A stretch of DNA of 64,000 nucleotides, taken from positions 8,946 through 72,945 of the forward strand of contig JAJDOD010000073.1 in assembly GCA_022340315.1 (NCBI GenBank), read 5' to 3'. The stretch's first letter is position 1; every line of letters starts with the position of its first letter. The position numbers and the translations under genes were made by a program. This DNA is from Silicimonas sp. GTDB taxonomy: Bacteria; Pseudomonadota; Alphaproteobacteria; Rhodobacterales; Rhodobacteraceae. Shown here piece after piece: positions 17,495-26,687 of the stretch. Under the pieces are notes generated by a model. That model did not search any database. It had not been told where the DNA came from and was given only the letters and a program-made list of their open reading frames with translations.

Positions 17495-17701
17495 ATGGCT
17501 GTCCCTCAGAACAAAGTTTCGCCGTCTCGCCGGAACAACCGCCGCGCGCATGACTCGTTGACGGCGGAAAACCCGGGCGAGTGCCCGAACTGCGGCGAAC
17601 TCAAGCGTCCGCATCACGTCTGCGGGGCCTGCGGCCACTACGCCGACCGCGAAGTCGTCGCTCAGGCCGACGAGATCGACCTGGACGAAGACGCGGCCTG
17701 A
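17495..17701 (+). CDS. rpmF: 50S ribosomal protein L32
   Basis: [22 protein letters not shown] ... [20 protein letters not shown]. Confidence 0.95.
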   Translation: MAVPQNKVSPSRRNNRRAHDSLTAENPGECPNCGELKRPHHVCGACGHYADREVVAQADEIDLDEDAA

Positions 17702-17727
17702 GCGCCCCGTCGGCGCCGGAACGGGCG

Positions 17728-18837
17728 ATGACGGACACGCATCAGTCGAGAAGCGCGAAGAAGCGCATCACGATTTCGGTCGACGCCATGGGCGGAGACC
17801 TGGGACCGGCGGCCATTGTCGCCGGTATTTCCTTGTCCGCCTCCAAGAACCCGAACGTCGCTTTCCTCGTCTTCGGTCCGAAGAACGAGCTCGACGCGCT
17901 GATCGCGAAGCGCCACCTCGGGGACCGCTGCGAAGTTCGCGACGTCCGCGAGTACGTCAAGATGGACGACAAGCCCAGCCAGGCCATGCGCCAGGGCAAG
18001 GGCACGACCATGTGGGCCGCGATCGACGCGGTGAAGAACGGCGAGGCGGACGCTGTCGTGTCCTGCGGCAACACAGGCGCGCTCATGGCGATGTCGATGC
18101 TGGCGCTTCGCAAGCTTCCGGGCGTCGACCGGCCCGCGATCGGCATTCTTTGGCCCAGTCAGAACTCTGGTGGCTTCAACGTGATGCTGGACGTCGGCGC
18201 AGACGTGCGCGCCGACGCAAAGGATCTGGTTCAATACGCCCTGATGGGAAGCTCGTATGCGCGAAACGGCCTTGGACTGCGCCGCCCGCGGATCGGTCTC
18301 TTGAATGTCGGAACGGAAGAAAACAAGGGGCGCCCGGAAATTCGCGAGGCGCATGATCTGATCCAGCGTGCAGCGCCGGGAGCGGAGTTCGACTTTATCG
18401 GCTTCGTCGAAGGCGGCGATATCCCTTCGGACCGGGTGGATGTGATCGTGACGGACGGGTTCACAGGCAACGTCGCGCTGAAGACGGGCGAAGGCACGGC
18501 GCGTCTTATTCGGGAGCTTCTGCGCGAGGCTTTCCGGGCCACGCCGCTGTCGCGGATCGCCGCACTTCTGGCCCTGACTTCGCTAAGACGGCTATCGAAA
18601 CGGATCGACCCGCGACGCGTGAACGGGGGCGTGTTCCTCGGCCTCAATGGGACCGTCGTGAAGAGCCACGGTTCCGCGGACGCAACCGGGGTGACGGCGG
18701 CGATCAAGCTGGCCTTCCGGCTGGCGGAGAGCGGTTTCAACGACCGGCTTGCCGCGCGGGTTGCATCTTTGGACCTTAGCCCGCAGGATGGCGAGGACAA
18801 CAAGGCCGGAACGGCCGCCAGCGAGCAGGCAAGATGA
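17728..18837 (+). CDS. plsX: phosphate acyltransferase PlsX
   Basis: ITISVDAMGGDLGP ... VSCGNTGALMA ... NVGTEENKG ... FVEGGDI ... VVTDGFTGNVALKT. Trimmed to ATG 17728, downstream of the rpmF stop. Confidence 0.93.
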   Translation: MTDTHQSRSAKKRITISVDAMGGDLGPAAIVAGISLSASKNPNVAFLVFGPKNELDALIAKRHLGDRCEVRDVREYVKMDDKPSQAMRQGKGTTMWAAIDAVKNGEADAVVSCGNTGALMAMSMLALRKLPGVDRPAIGILWPSQNSGGFNVMLDVGADVRADAKDLVQYALMGSSYARNGLGLRRPRIGLLNVGTEENKGRPEIREAHDLIQRAAPGAEFDFIGFVEGGDIPSDRVDVIVTDGFTGNVALKTGEGTARLIRELLREAFRATPLSRIAALLALTSLRRLSKRIDPRRVNGGVFLGLNGTVVKSHGSADATGVTAAIKLAFRLAESGFNDRLAARVASLDLSPQDGEDNKAGTAASEQAR

Positions 18838-19805
18838 CAACACGCGCTGTCGTGCGAGGGGTCGGGCACTACCTCCCCGAACGGGTGGTCCCGAACGCAT
18901 GGTTCGAGGACAAGATCGACACGACCGACGAATGGATACGCTCGCGGTCCGGAATCGAGAACCGGCGCTTTGCCGCGGAAGGCGAAACGACGTCGGACCT
19001 GGCCGTTAACGCGGCCAAGGCTACGCTGGCCTCGGCTGATATCGACCCCGCCACTCTCGACGCGCTTATCGTTGCGACATCGACCGCCGATTTCACGTTC
19101 CCGTCGGCAGCGACAATGGTGCAGCACCGGATTGGAATGACCGGCGGCTTTGCCTTCGACGTGCAAGCCGTCTGCGCCGGGTTCGTCTTCGCGCTTGCGC
19201 AGGCCAACGCTCTGATCATCTCCGGACAGGCGAAACGCGTGATGGTCATCGGGGCAGAGACTTTCAGCAGGATTATCGACTTCGAGGACCGTGCGACCTG
19301 CGTTCTCTTCGGAGACGGCGCGGGCGCGCTGATCCTGGAAGCGGAAGAAGGCGGCGGAACCGTTTCGGATCGCGGCATACTGTCTACCGATCTGCATTCC
19401 GACGGTAGCCACCGGGATATCCTTTACGTCGATGGCGGCGTGTCGACGCAAACGACCGGGCACCTGAGAATGCAGGGCAAGGAGGTCTTCCGCCACGCGG
19501 TCGAGAAGTTGGCCGATACCGCGCACGCATCGCTCGGAAAGATTGGCCTGACCGGCGCCGATGTCGATTGGATCGTGCCGCACCAGGCCAACCTTCGCAT
19601 CATCAAGTCCACGGCCCAGAAAATGGGTGTCGGAATGGACCGCGTGATCGTTACGGTTCAGGATCACGGCAACACCTCGGCCGCCTCGATCCCGCTGGCG
19701 CTCAGCACGGGCGTGGAGCGCGGACAGATCAAGACCGGCCAGTTGCTGGTGACCGAGGCAATTGGCGGCGGGCTTGCCTGGGGATCGGTCGTTCTTCGCT
19801 GGTGA
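18834..19805 (+). CDS. fabH: 3-oxoacyl-ACP synthase III
   Basis: GVGHYLPERVV, active-site AFDVQAVCAGFVFAL, HQANLRII, GNTSAASIPLAL. ATGA overlap with plsX. Confidence 0.95.
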   Translation: MTTRAVVRGVGHYLPERVVPNAWFEDKIDTTDEWIRSRSGIENRRFAAEGETTSDLAVNAAKATLASADIDPATLDALIVATSTADFTFPSAATMVQHRIGMTGGFAFDVQAVCAGFVFALAQANALIISGQAKRVMVIGAETFSRIIDFEDRATCVLFGDGAGALILEAEEGGGTVSDRGILSTDLHSDGSHRDILYVDGGVSTQTTGHLRMQGKEVFRHAVEKLADTAHASLGKIGLTGADVDWIVPHQANLRIIKSTAQKMGVGMDRVIVTVQDHGNTSAASIPLALSTGVERGQIKTGQLLVTEAIGGGLAWGSVVLRW

Positions 19806-19997
19806 CCTGCGCGAGACGCCGCATTGTTTGCGTTATCCCGCAGCAGTTAACAGCCCACTGGGCGACATACTGCCGTTGACGCCGTAAAATGTAGCTGATT
19901 CAAAGAATGAAGGCCTATTTCCAAGCGCTTGATATTGACTCGGAAATTCAACATGCGCATGGTGATGGGCATCAAAAAAGCAAACAAGGGGGATGGG

Positions 19998-20300
19998 ATG
20001 ACTGGCAAGACGTTGACCCGAATGGATCTCAGCGATGCGGTTTTCCGGGAAGTTGGGCTGAGCCGTAACGAGTCCGCCCAACTAGTCGAAAGCGTCCTTC
20101 AGCACATGTCCGATGCGCTGGTTTCCGGCGAGCAGGTCAAGATCTCGTCCTTCGGCACCTTCTCAATCCGCGACAAGGCGGCGCGGATCGGCCGCAACCC
20201 CAAGACCGGCGAGGAGGTTCCCATCCATCCGCGCCGCGTCCTGACGTTCCGGCCGTCTCACCTGATGAAGGATCGCGTGGCTGCCGGGAACAAGGGTTGA
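19998..20300 (+). CDS. ihfA: integration host factor subunit alpha
   Basis: [34 protein letters not shown] ... [23 protein letters not shown]. Confidence 0.92.
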   Translation: MTGKTLTRMDLSDAVFREVGLSRNESAQLVESVLQHMSDALVSGEQVKISSFGTFSIRDKAARIGRNPKTGEEVPIHPRRVLTFRPSHLMKDRVAAGNKG

Positions 20301-20304
20301 GGGA

Positions 20305-21006
20305 TTGGCCGAGAAGTCCCGAGACGCGTTTCGGACCATTTCAGAAGTCGCCGACTGGCTGGATGTGCCGACGCATGTCCTGCGGTTCTGGGAGAGCCGT
20401 TTCAGCCAGATAAAGCCGGTGAAGCGCGCCGGGGGGCGGAGATACTATCGGCCGTCGGACATGCGTGTGATCGGTGGCGTCAAGGTCTTGCTGCACGACC
20501 AGGGCATGACCATCCGGGGTGTGCAAAAGCTGTTCCGGGAGGAAGGCATCAAGCGGGTGTCGTCCTATGCGCCCGATCTGTTCGGGGACGATGATGAGGA
20601 TCGCGACACCGCACCTGTCTTGAACGAAGTTGCTCTGGAAGCGGCGGCGCGTCCCGCGGCGCCAGCCCGTTCAACCCGCGATGCCACACCTGAGCCGGAA
20701 GCGGCGCCAGAGAGCACCGACAGGGTTTCATCGGAGCCGGTTTTCCACCACAGCCGGACCACGTCGCGCATCGTCCGGCAGGACGCGGCGCCTGCTACGC
20801 CCGCGCCTGCGGATGCCAGGCCGACTATTCCGGCGACACCGGATGTGCCGGAGACCGATCCGGACGACAACGATGCGAATCATGCCAGGAAGCCCGGGCT
20901 GGCGGCGCGATTGAGGGTTGTCGACCCGGCCCGCCTGGCCGCGCATCGCGACGACATCGCAGCCGCGCGGGACCGCTTGCAGGCGCTTCTGGAACAAGCC
21001 GACTGA
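20305..21006 (+). CDS. MerR-family transcription regulator with a Pro/Ala-rich disordered C-terminal half
   Basis: [46 protein letters not shown] start at 20305. Conserved alphaproteobacterial position after ihfA. Confidence 0.8.
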   Translation: MAEKSRDAFRTISEVADWLDVPTHVLRFWESRFSQIKPVKRAGGRRYYRPSDMRVIGGVKVLLHDQGMTIRGVQKLFREEGIKRVSSYAPDLFGDDDEDRDTAPVLNEVALEAAARPAAPARSTRDATPEPEAAPESTDRVSSEPVFHHSRTTSRIVRQDAAPATPAPADARPTIPATPDVPETDPDDNDANHARKPGLAARLRVVDPARLAAHRDDIAAARDRLQALLEQAD

Positions 21007-21071
21007 ACCGGCGATGCACCGCGACATCTGCCCTTGCCCTGACGTGCTTTTTGCGCCAGAACCGCGTCCGT

Positions 21072-21149
21072 CGGGCTATGGCGCAGCCTGGTTAGCGCGT
21101 CCGTCTGGGGGACGGAAGGTCGCAGGTTCGAATCCTGCTAGCCCGACCA
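21072..21149 (+). tRNA. tRNA-Pro (anticodon GGG), CCA encoded
   Basis: Cloverleaf folded by hand: acceptor CGGGCTA/TAGCCCG, D-arm GCGC/GCGC, anticodon stem TCCGT/ACGGA with loop CTGGGGG, T-arm GCAGG-TTCGAAT-CCTGC, and terminal ACCA. Confidence 0.9.
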
Positions 21150-21234
21150 ATTCGACAGTGGCGAATACGAACTTCGTTGCGCGGCAGCGGGACCAGTTTT
21201 TGCAGTCTTCCCCTTCTTCTGGAAAGGCCTCGGC

Positions 21235-22311
21235 ATGAGCGGTGTGCTTCCGGACACGGCGATCCGCGTACTGATCGAGACCGGCGCGCTTTCGGCCGAG
21301 CCGGCTGTCACGGACGCACAGGTTCAGCCCGCATCGCTCGATTTGAGACTGGGCACGCGGGCCTTTCGCGTGCGCGCCTCGTTCCTGTCCTTGGACGGCG
21401 CGACCGTCGCCGATCGGTTGGACGTGTTTACCATGCACGAGATCGACCTCTCGCATGGAGCGGTGCTGGAGAAGGGATGCGTCTATGTTGTGCCGCTGAT
21501 GGAGCGATTGGCACTTCCCGATAGCATCGGTGCGGTGGCGAATGCCAAGAGTTCTACGGGACGACTGGACCTTCTGACGCGAACGATCACCGACGGCGGG
21601 ACCGAATTCGACCGCATTCCGAAGGGCTACAACGGACCGCTTTATGCCGAGATTTGCCCCAGGTCGTTCTCTGTGCTCGTCCGACCGGGGATGCGGCTCA
21701 ACCAGATGCGATTCCGGCAGGGAGATGCCACGCTCGACGATGTGGCACTCGCCGCGCTTCACGAGGACGTCGGGCTTGTTTCGGGCGAAGCGGTGATTTC
21801 CGAGGGCCTAGGCTTTTCGGTCGATCTGAAACCCGAGCACGGCACCCTGGTCGGCTATCGCGCAAAGCCTCATACCAGCGTAATCGACCTTGAGCTGATC
21901 GGGCACTATGACCCGGCCGAGTTCTGGGAGCCGATCTACACCGGCGCGGGCCGGATCATTCTCGACCCAGGCGCGTTCTACATTCTCGTCAGTCGCGAAG
22001 CCGTGACGATCCCGCCAACCCATGCCGCCGAGATGGCGCCCTACGTGGCGATGGTGGGCGAGTTCCGTGTGCATTACGCCGGTTTCTTCGATCCCGGCTT
22101 CGGCTGGGCCGAAGCCGGTGGGGCCGGGTCACGCGGCGTCCTCGAGGTGCGCTGTCACGAGGCTCCGTTCGTGCTTGAGCACGGTCAGATTGTCGGCCGA
22201 CTTGTCTACGAGAAAATGGCGGCGATACCCGACACGCTATACGGGCGCGAGATCGCGTCGAATTACCAGGGCCAGGGGCTGAAGCTGTCTAAGCATTTCA
22301 AAGCTGTCTGA
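21235..22311 (+). CDS. 2'-deoxycytidine 5'-triphosphate deaminase family protein (long, ~358 aa form)
   Basis: N-terminal LPDTAIRVLIETGAL ... VQPASLDLRLG is typical of dCTP-deaminase/dUTPase-fold proteins. Duplicated-domain length matches alphaproteobacterial homologues. Confidence 0.7.
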   Translation: MSGVLPDTAIRVLIETGALSAEPAVTDAQVQPASLDLRLGTRAFRVRASFLSLDGATVADRLDVFTMHEIDLSHGAVLEKGCVYVVPLMERLALPDSIGAVANAKSSTGRLDLLTRTITDGGTEFDRIPKGYNGPLYAEICPRSFSVLVRPGMRLNQMRFRQGDATLDDVALAALHEDVGLVSGEAVISEGLGFSVDLKPEHGTLVGYRAKPHTSVIDLELIGHYDPAEFWEPIYTGAGRIILDPGAFYILVSREAVTIPPTHAAEMAPYVAMVGEFRVHYAGFFDPGFGWAEAGGAGSRGVLEVRCHEAPFVLEHGQIVGRLVYEKMAAIPDTLYGREIASNYQGQGLKLSKHFKAV

Positions 22312-22435
22312 CGAAGTTTCAAAACTGATGATTTTTTCATCGTTTCGTGCTATGCAAGAATACAGGCGCGCCCAGGGCGATCCAATTCAACCCTGAACGC
22401 ACAGTCGAAAAAAGTTGGTTGCCCGAGCGCGCCGT

Positions 22436-23497
22436 TCACAACTCATCCGACACGATCCATGCTTCGTGCCGCGTCGCAAGACGGCGGGCGGCGACAATCT
22501 GGCCGACTTCCGGACGCGAATCGGGAAAGAGACGCTCGAATTCGCGCTGCACTTCGGGTATGGATTTCATGGCTTCGGGACCTGGCCGAAAACTTTCCGT
22601 GGGGATGCCTTCGGAATACACGATCTCGTGCCGGTCAAAGAGGATGTGCCAATAACGCACGCCTTCTGGTCCAAGCTCCTCGGGCCGCAACGCACGTGCG
22701 CGCCCTGCTTCGGCAATGTGCTTTGCCGCAACCAGCACATCCTCTCCACATGCGATCTCGGCAGCCCATCCACCTACATATATGCGGTGCTGTGGCGAGA
22801 CAGTCAGGGTCCGGCCGTCGATGACAAGGCGCACCGGACACAAGCGAGGGTCGCGGTCAAGCTGTGCGCGCGAAAATGCGGAATGCCCGATCCAGCGAAC
22901 CGGTTGGGGGCCATGATCCATAGTTGTAACCAGGTCACCTACACCGAGAGTTTCGACCGAGACCACCCCTGACGGTGTCTGAATCAACGTGCCTTCGACG
23001 AAACAGGGCGGCGTGTAATATTCGGTGAAAAAGGTCTGGGTCTGGGTCGGCCCCTCCGACGCGTCGATGACTGTGAGCGGGACGCCCACTGGCGGGAAAT
23101 CGCCCAGAAACGCAAGGCCCTCGACTGTCTGAAAGGCCGGATTGACGCCAGCTTCGTTGATATTGAAGCCGATCAGTGTGTAGGTGTTGCCATCGGGGTC
23201 CTGAACGATGAGCGTGTATTCCGCCTCGACACCCAGACCTGCGGAATAGCTTACCCCATCATAGGTAGTGTCGGTCGTCAGGGACTGATTGCCGTCATTG
23301 TCGGCGAAGTAGGCGTCATTGTCTGTAACGGTGACAACCTGAAAATCGTTGGAATTCAGAGTGATGGTTTCGCCAAGCAGGTGCACACCCGTGCCTTGGG
23401 AGAAGCCCGACAGCACTGACCCGTTGGAGATCGTGAGCTCCGATTCCTCAATTGTGTATAACTCGAAATCCGGCAAGCCAGACCCCACCCACGTCAA
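22436..23497 (-). CDS. Hint (Hedgehog/intein-like, bacterial intein-like) domain-containing protein
   Basis: The C-terminal half begins PPC|FVEGTLIQTPSGVVSVETLGVGDLVTTMDHGPQPVRWIG, with block-B-like LTVSPQHRIYV and HILFDRHEIVYSEGIPTESF. The N-terminal ~165 aa is Thr/Asp/Gly-rich with no signal peptide. Confidence 0.8.
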   Translation of the reverse strand: MTWVGSGLPDFELYTIEESELTISNGSVLSGFSQGTGVHLLGETITLNSNDFQVVTVTDNDAYFADNDGNQSLTTDTTYDGVSYSAGLGVEAEYTLIVQDPDGNTYTLIGFNINEAGVNPAFQTVEGLAFLGDFPPVGVPLTVIDASEGPTQTQTFFTEYYTPPCFVEGTLIQTPSGVVSVETLGVGDLVTTMDHGPQPVRWIGHSAFSRAQLDRDPRLCPVRLVIDGRTLTVSPQHRIYVGGWAAEIACGEDVLVAAKHIAEAGRARALRPEELGPEGVRYWHILFDRHEIVYSEGIPTESFRPGPEAMKSIPEVQREFERLFPDSRPEVGQIVAARRLATRHEAWIVSDEL

Positions 23498-23573
23498 GCG
23501 TTCTTGCGGCGTTTCCTCATCCTATAAAGCAGTCGAACGGGCGGCAACAGCTTACTGAAGCGCGTGCGGCCTG

Positions 23574-24089
23574 TCAGAGCGGCCTTGACATGAACAAAAT
23601 GTGGGCTCCCAGAACCGGGTCATCAAAGTGATCACTTTCAACGTAGGGATCGGTGTCCTCGAAGCCCATCGAGCGGTATAGCCCGATTGCGGCTTCCAGG
23701 TTCCGGGTCGTGTCAAGTCGCAGAGCCGCGGCGCCGGTATCCCGTGCCGCCGAGATCGCCGCCGTTATCAGCAACTTGCCGATCCCGCGCCCGCGTTCAT
23801 CGGGACGGACGTAGAGCCGCTTGATCTCCATCGCTTCCGGTCCGGATGATCGCAGGAAGACCATACCTAGGCGACGGGCCTCCCTGCCCTCGGCAACGAA
23901 TGTGAAACCTTCCGGCGGAATGACATTGGCGAGGCTGGCACGGGTCTTCGCCAGCAGCTGATCAGGATCGAAGCTGACACCGAAACCGCGTATCAGTTCG
24001 CCGGTCAGAAAACGGACGTAATCGCGCAGCATGGGCTCCAGCGCATGGACCTCTTCAAGCCGTTCGAGCCTGCGAACCGTAACGGTCAC
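23574..24089 (-). CDS. GNAT-family N-acetyltransferase
   Basis: Acetyl-CoA-binding motif A (LYVRPDERGRGIGKLLITAAI) and motif B (AIGLYRSMGFE). GTG start. Confidence 0.85.
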   Translation of the reverse strand: MTVTVRRLERLEEVHALEPMLRDYVRFLTGELIRGFGVSFDPDQLLAKTRASLANVIPPEGFTFVAEGREARRLGMVFLRSSGPEAMEIKRLYVRPDERGRGIGKLLITAAISAARDTGAAALRLDTTRNLEAAIGLYRSMGFEDTDPYVESDHFDDPVLGAHILFMSRPL

Positions 24090-24220
24090 ATGCGGCGGAA
24101 ACGGTTGAGTGTCTTGAGCGATTTCTGGGCCTGACGGAGGTTCGGATCCGTCGGAGCACCCTTCGTCATCCGCCTGAGCACTATGTTCACCACCATCCCG
24201 ATAAGCCGGTTCATCGACAT
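24086..24220 (-). CDS. hypothetical 44-aa basic peptide wedged between scpB and the GNAT gene
   Basis: GGAG (within the scpB terminal codons) lies 7 nt before ATG 24220. Product is MSMNRLIGMVVNIVLRRMTKGAPTDPNLRQAQKSLKTLNRFRRM. Its TGA overlaps the GNAT GTG (GTGA). The rest of the 95-aa ORF-track entry overlaps scpB in another frame. Confidence 0.3.
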   Translation of the reverse strand: MSMNRLIGMVVNIVLRRMTKGAPTDPNLRQAQKSLKTLNRFRRM

Positions 24221-24224
24221 TGTC

Positions 24225-24872
24225 TCACTCCTCTTCACCTGGATCGAACATGTCCGTCTGGTTCTCCGCGTCTTCTTCCAGGTCTTCATTGGCATTACCT
24301 GGAGCCGGGCGGCTGTCCAAAAGGCCGGCAGCTCGCAGTTCCCTAAGGCCCGGAAGGTCGCGGGCGCTTTCAAGCCCGAAGTGGTCGAGAAACTCCTGTG
24401 TGACCATGTAGGTCACCGGCCGGCCCGGCGTCATCTTGCGGCGGCCGAACTTGATCCATTCAAGCTCGAGCAGTTGGTCGATGGTGCCGCGGCTGACGCT
24501 GACGCCGCGAATCTCCTCGATCTCGGCGCGGGTCACCGGCTGGTGATAGGCGATGATTGCCAGTGTCTCGATCGCGGCGCGCGAGAGCTTGCGCGTCTCG
24601 AGTGTTTCCTTCTGCATCAGGAAGCCGAGATCCGGCGCGGTCCGGATCGCCCAGGCATCGCCCACGCGGACAACCGAGACACCCCTGCCCTCGTACCGTT
24701 TCTGCAACTGCTCGACCGCGACTTTCCCATCCGAACCGTGCGGCATCCGCGCGTTCAACTCGGCAATGCTCACAGGTTCCGCCGACGCGAACAAGATCGC
24801 CTCGACCATGCGCTCCTGCTCGGCGAGCGGCGGCGCCTCGAAGAGGCTCTCTTCTTCCGGCTCAACTTGCAC
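24225..24872 (-). CDS. scpB: segregation and condensation protein B
   Basis: ERMVEAILFASAEPVSIAELN ... LSRAAIETLAIIAYHQPVTRAEIEEIRGV ... GRPVTYMVTQEFLDHFGL. GTG start at 24872 overlaps the scpA stop (alternative ATG 24809). Confidence 0.88.
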   Translation of the reverse strand: MQVEPEEESLFEAPPLAEQERMVEAILFASAEPVSIAELNARMPHGSDGKVAVEQLQKRYEGRGVSVVRVGDAWAIRTAPDLGFLMQKETLETRKLSRAAIETLAIIAYHQPVTRAEIEEIRGVSVSRGTIDQLLELEWIKFGRRKMTPGRPVTYMVTQEFLDHFGLESARDLPGLRELRAAGLLDSRPAPGNANEDLEEDAENQTDMFDPGEEE

Positions 24873-25656
24873 GTTTCGCGCGGATCTGGATCGGTGCAAA
24901 CATCTCGGACTGCCGGATCTGGATTGCTCCGTTCTTCGCCAGTTCCAGCGAGGCGGCGAAATGCGAGGCCGTGGCGGAACGGCGGCGCTTCGGATCGGTT
25001 TCCCAGCCCTCGGGCAGATACGAGAGAAGATCGGTCCACTCGCCCGCATAACCGATCAGGCCCCGCATGCGGTCAAGCGCCTGTTCCAGCGTCATGACGT
25101 CGTGGCGATCCATAGTATAGGGTCGGAAATCGTCCTTGGTCCGAATGCGGGCATAACCCTGCATCAGGTCCAGAAGCGTGGCAGTGTAGTGCACCTTGCG
25201 CACCCGCATCATGCCTTCGGGGATACCGCGCACGAAGAAATCCCGCCCCTTCTGGTCGCGCGCCATCAATTTGGCGGCGCAATCGCGCATGGCCGCGAGG
25301 CGTTCGAGCTGGAAGGCAAGATGTGCGGCCAGTTCCTCGCCCGATGGCCCGTCGTCGGTGGGGTCGGGCGGCAAGAGGAGGCGCGACTTGAGGAAAGCGA
25401 GCCAGGCAGCCATCACGAGGTAATCGGCGGCAAGCTCGATCCGGAGCGTCTTGGCGCGTTCGACGAAGCACAGGTATTGCTCTGCCAGCGCCAGCACGCT
25501 GATCTTGCGGAGATCGACCTTCTGTGTGCGCGACAGCATGAGCAACAGGTCGAGCGGACCTTCGAACCCGTCGACATCGACAATCAACGCCTCGGCAGCG
25601 AGACGCTCTTCGACCTCACCGAACTGGGTGTCGCCGTCCATTTCCTGCTCCCTCAT
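24862..25656 (-). CDS. scpA: segregation and condensation protein A
   Basis: VDVDGFEGPLDLLLMLSRTQKVDLRKISVLALAEQYL ... typical ScpA N-terminus. Followed by scpB. Confidence 0.9.
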   Translation of the reverse strand: MREQEMDGDTQFGEVEERLAAEALIVDVDGFEGPLDLLLMLSRTQKVDLRKISVLALAEQYLCFVERAKTLRIELAADYLVMAAWLAFLKSRLLLPPDPTDDGPSGEELAAHLAFQLERLAAMRDCAAKLMARDQKGRDFFVRGIPEGMMRVRKVHYTATLLDLMQGYARIRTKDDFRPYTMDRHDVMTLEQALDRMRGLIGYAGEWTDLLSYLPEGWETDPKRRRSATASHFAASLELAKNGAIQIRQSEMFAPIQIRAKRAS

Positions 25657-25675
25657 GCGGGTGCCTTGCCGACCT

Positions 25676-26686
25676 TCAAGCCGGGTGCGGTCCGCTATCT
25701 ATTAGGGACTGAAAATCTGCTTCGGCGGCCGGAATGTCAATATCTATTGGGGTTCGTCGGGCAGCCAACGCAATATCTGCACGTTTCGCCGCCTTGTCGG
25801 ACAATGTCCCCAGGGCGGCGACAATCTGCATTTCGTCCATTTCGCCGTTGCAATGGAGGACAAGGTCACAGCCTGCATCAAGGGCCTTGCGACCGCGGGT
25901 GCCGATGTCTCCGGCAAGTGCGCCCATCGAGATATCGTCGGTCATCAACAGACCGGACAGCCCGAGGTCGCGGAGCAGTGCGGTGCCCGCCGGGGACTGC
26001 GTGACGGGCGCGGTATCGTCGATCTCGGGCAGCATGATGTGTGCCGTCATCACCATCGGCAGGTCGGCAAGGGCCTGGAAAGGCACGAAATCCGACTGGC
26101 CCAGTTCCGCCACCGGCGTGGCGATCTGTGGCAGCGCCTGGTGGCTGTCGAGCGTGGCGCGGCCGTGACCGGGTGCATGCTTGACCACGGGCAGGCATCC
26201 CGCGTCCATCAGCCCCTCGGCACAGGCGCGCGCCATCGCGATGACGGTGATCGCATCGGTGCCATAGCAGCGGTTCCTCAGAAAAGGGTGTGTCAATGGC
26301 CAGGCGATATCGGCCGAGGGCGTGCAGTTCACGTCGATGCCGTGCGCCAGAAGCTCGGTGCCGATCAGCAGGCCGCGCAAGTACATGGCGCGTGCAGCCG
26401 GCTGTTCTTCGGAGAACCTTTCGACCTGGTCGAGCGGCGGCAGCCATTCGCGCCAGTGCGGAGCCCGCATCCGCTGGACGCGACCACCTTCCTGGTCGAT
26501 CAGGATCGGGGCTTCGTGACCAACGCTGTCGCGCAACGCCGTGGTCAGGTGCCGAAGTTGTTCCGGGGTCTCGCAGTTACGCTGGAACAGAATAAACCCC
26601 CAGGGGTTCGCCTCCCGGAAAAACCGTGCTTCATTGTCCGACAGCGTCGGCCCGGCGGGCGCAAGAATGTATGCGCCCGCCGCCAC
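25676..26686 (-). CDS. nagZ: beta-N-acetylhexosaminidase (GH3, NagZ)
   Basis: ILIDQEGGRVQRM ... VVKHAPGHGRATLDSH ... LLMTDDISMGAL. GTG start adjacent to the upstream gene's stop. Confidence 0.88.
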   Translation of the reverse strand: MAAGAYILAPAGPTLSDNEARFFREANPWGFILFQRNCETPEQLRHLTTALRDSVGHEAPILIDQEGGRVQRMRAPHWREWLPPLDQVERFSEEQPAARAMYLRGLLIGTELLAHGIDVNCTPSADIAWPLTHPFLRNRCYGTDAITVIAMARACAEGLMDAGCLPVVKHAPGHGRATLDSHQALPQIATPVAELGQSDFVPFQALADLPMVMTAHIMLPEIDDTAPVTQSPAGTALLRDLGLSGLLMTDDISMGALAGDIGTRGRKALDAGCDLVLHCNGEMDEMQIVAALGTLSDKAAKRADIALAARRTPIDIDIPAAEADFQSLIDSGPHPA

Positions 26687-26687
26687 C

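Noticed and set aside
18231-19667. 478-aa minus-strand ORF antisense to plsX/fabH, and similar long shadow ORFs at 24553-26004, 62244-63404, 8688-9917, 13058-14023 and 32491-33453
   Set aside because: All of them overlap strongly recognisable genes on the opposite strand or in another frame. They show Arg/Pro/Gly-rich low-complexity translations and have no start-site context.
21072-24100. tRNA-Pro followed by possibly lower-GC genes (Hint, GNAT) considered as a tRNA-linked genomic island
   Set aside because: I saw no integrase, no direct repeat of the tRNA 3' end, and a core gene (dcd) sits directly after the tRNA. The ihfA-merR-tRNAPro arrangement is conserved core synteny.
23574-24220. 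GNAT gene with an overlapping small upstream ORF considered as a TacT/AtaT-like GNAT toxin-antitoxin pair
   Set aside because: The upstream peptide is only 44 aa and hydrophobic/basic. It shows no RHH/DUF1778-like antitoxin features. The GNAT looks like a generic acetyltransferase, and the unit is embedded in the scpAB operon. There is not enough support for a TA call.
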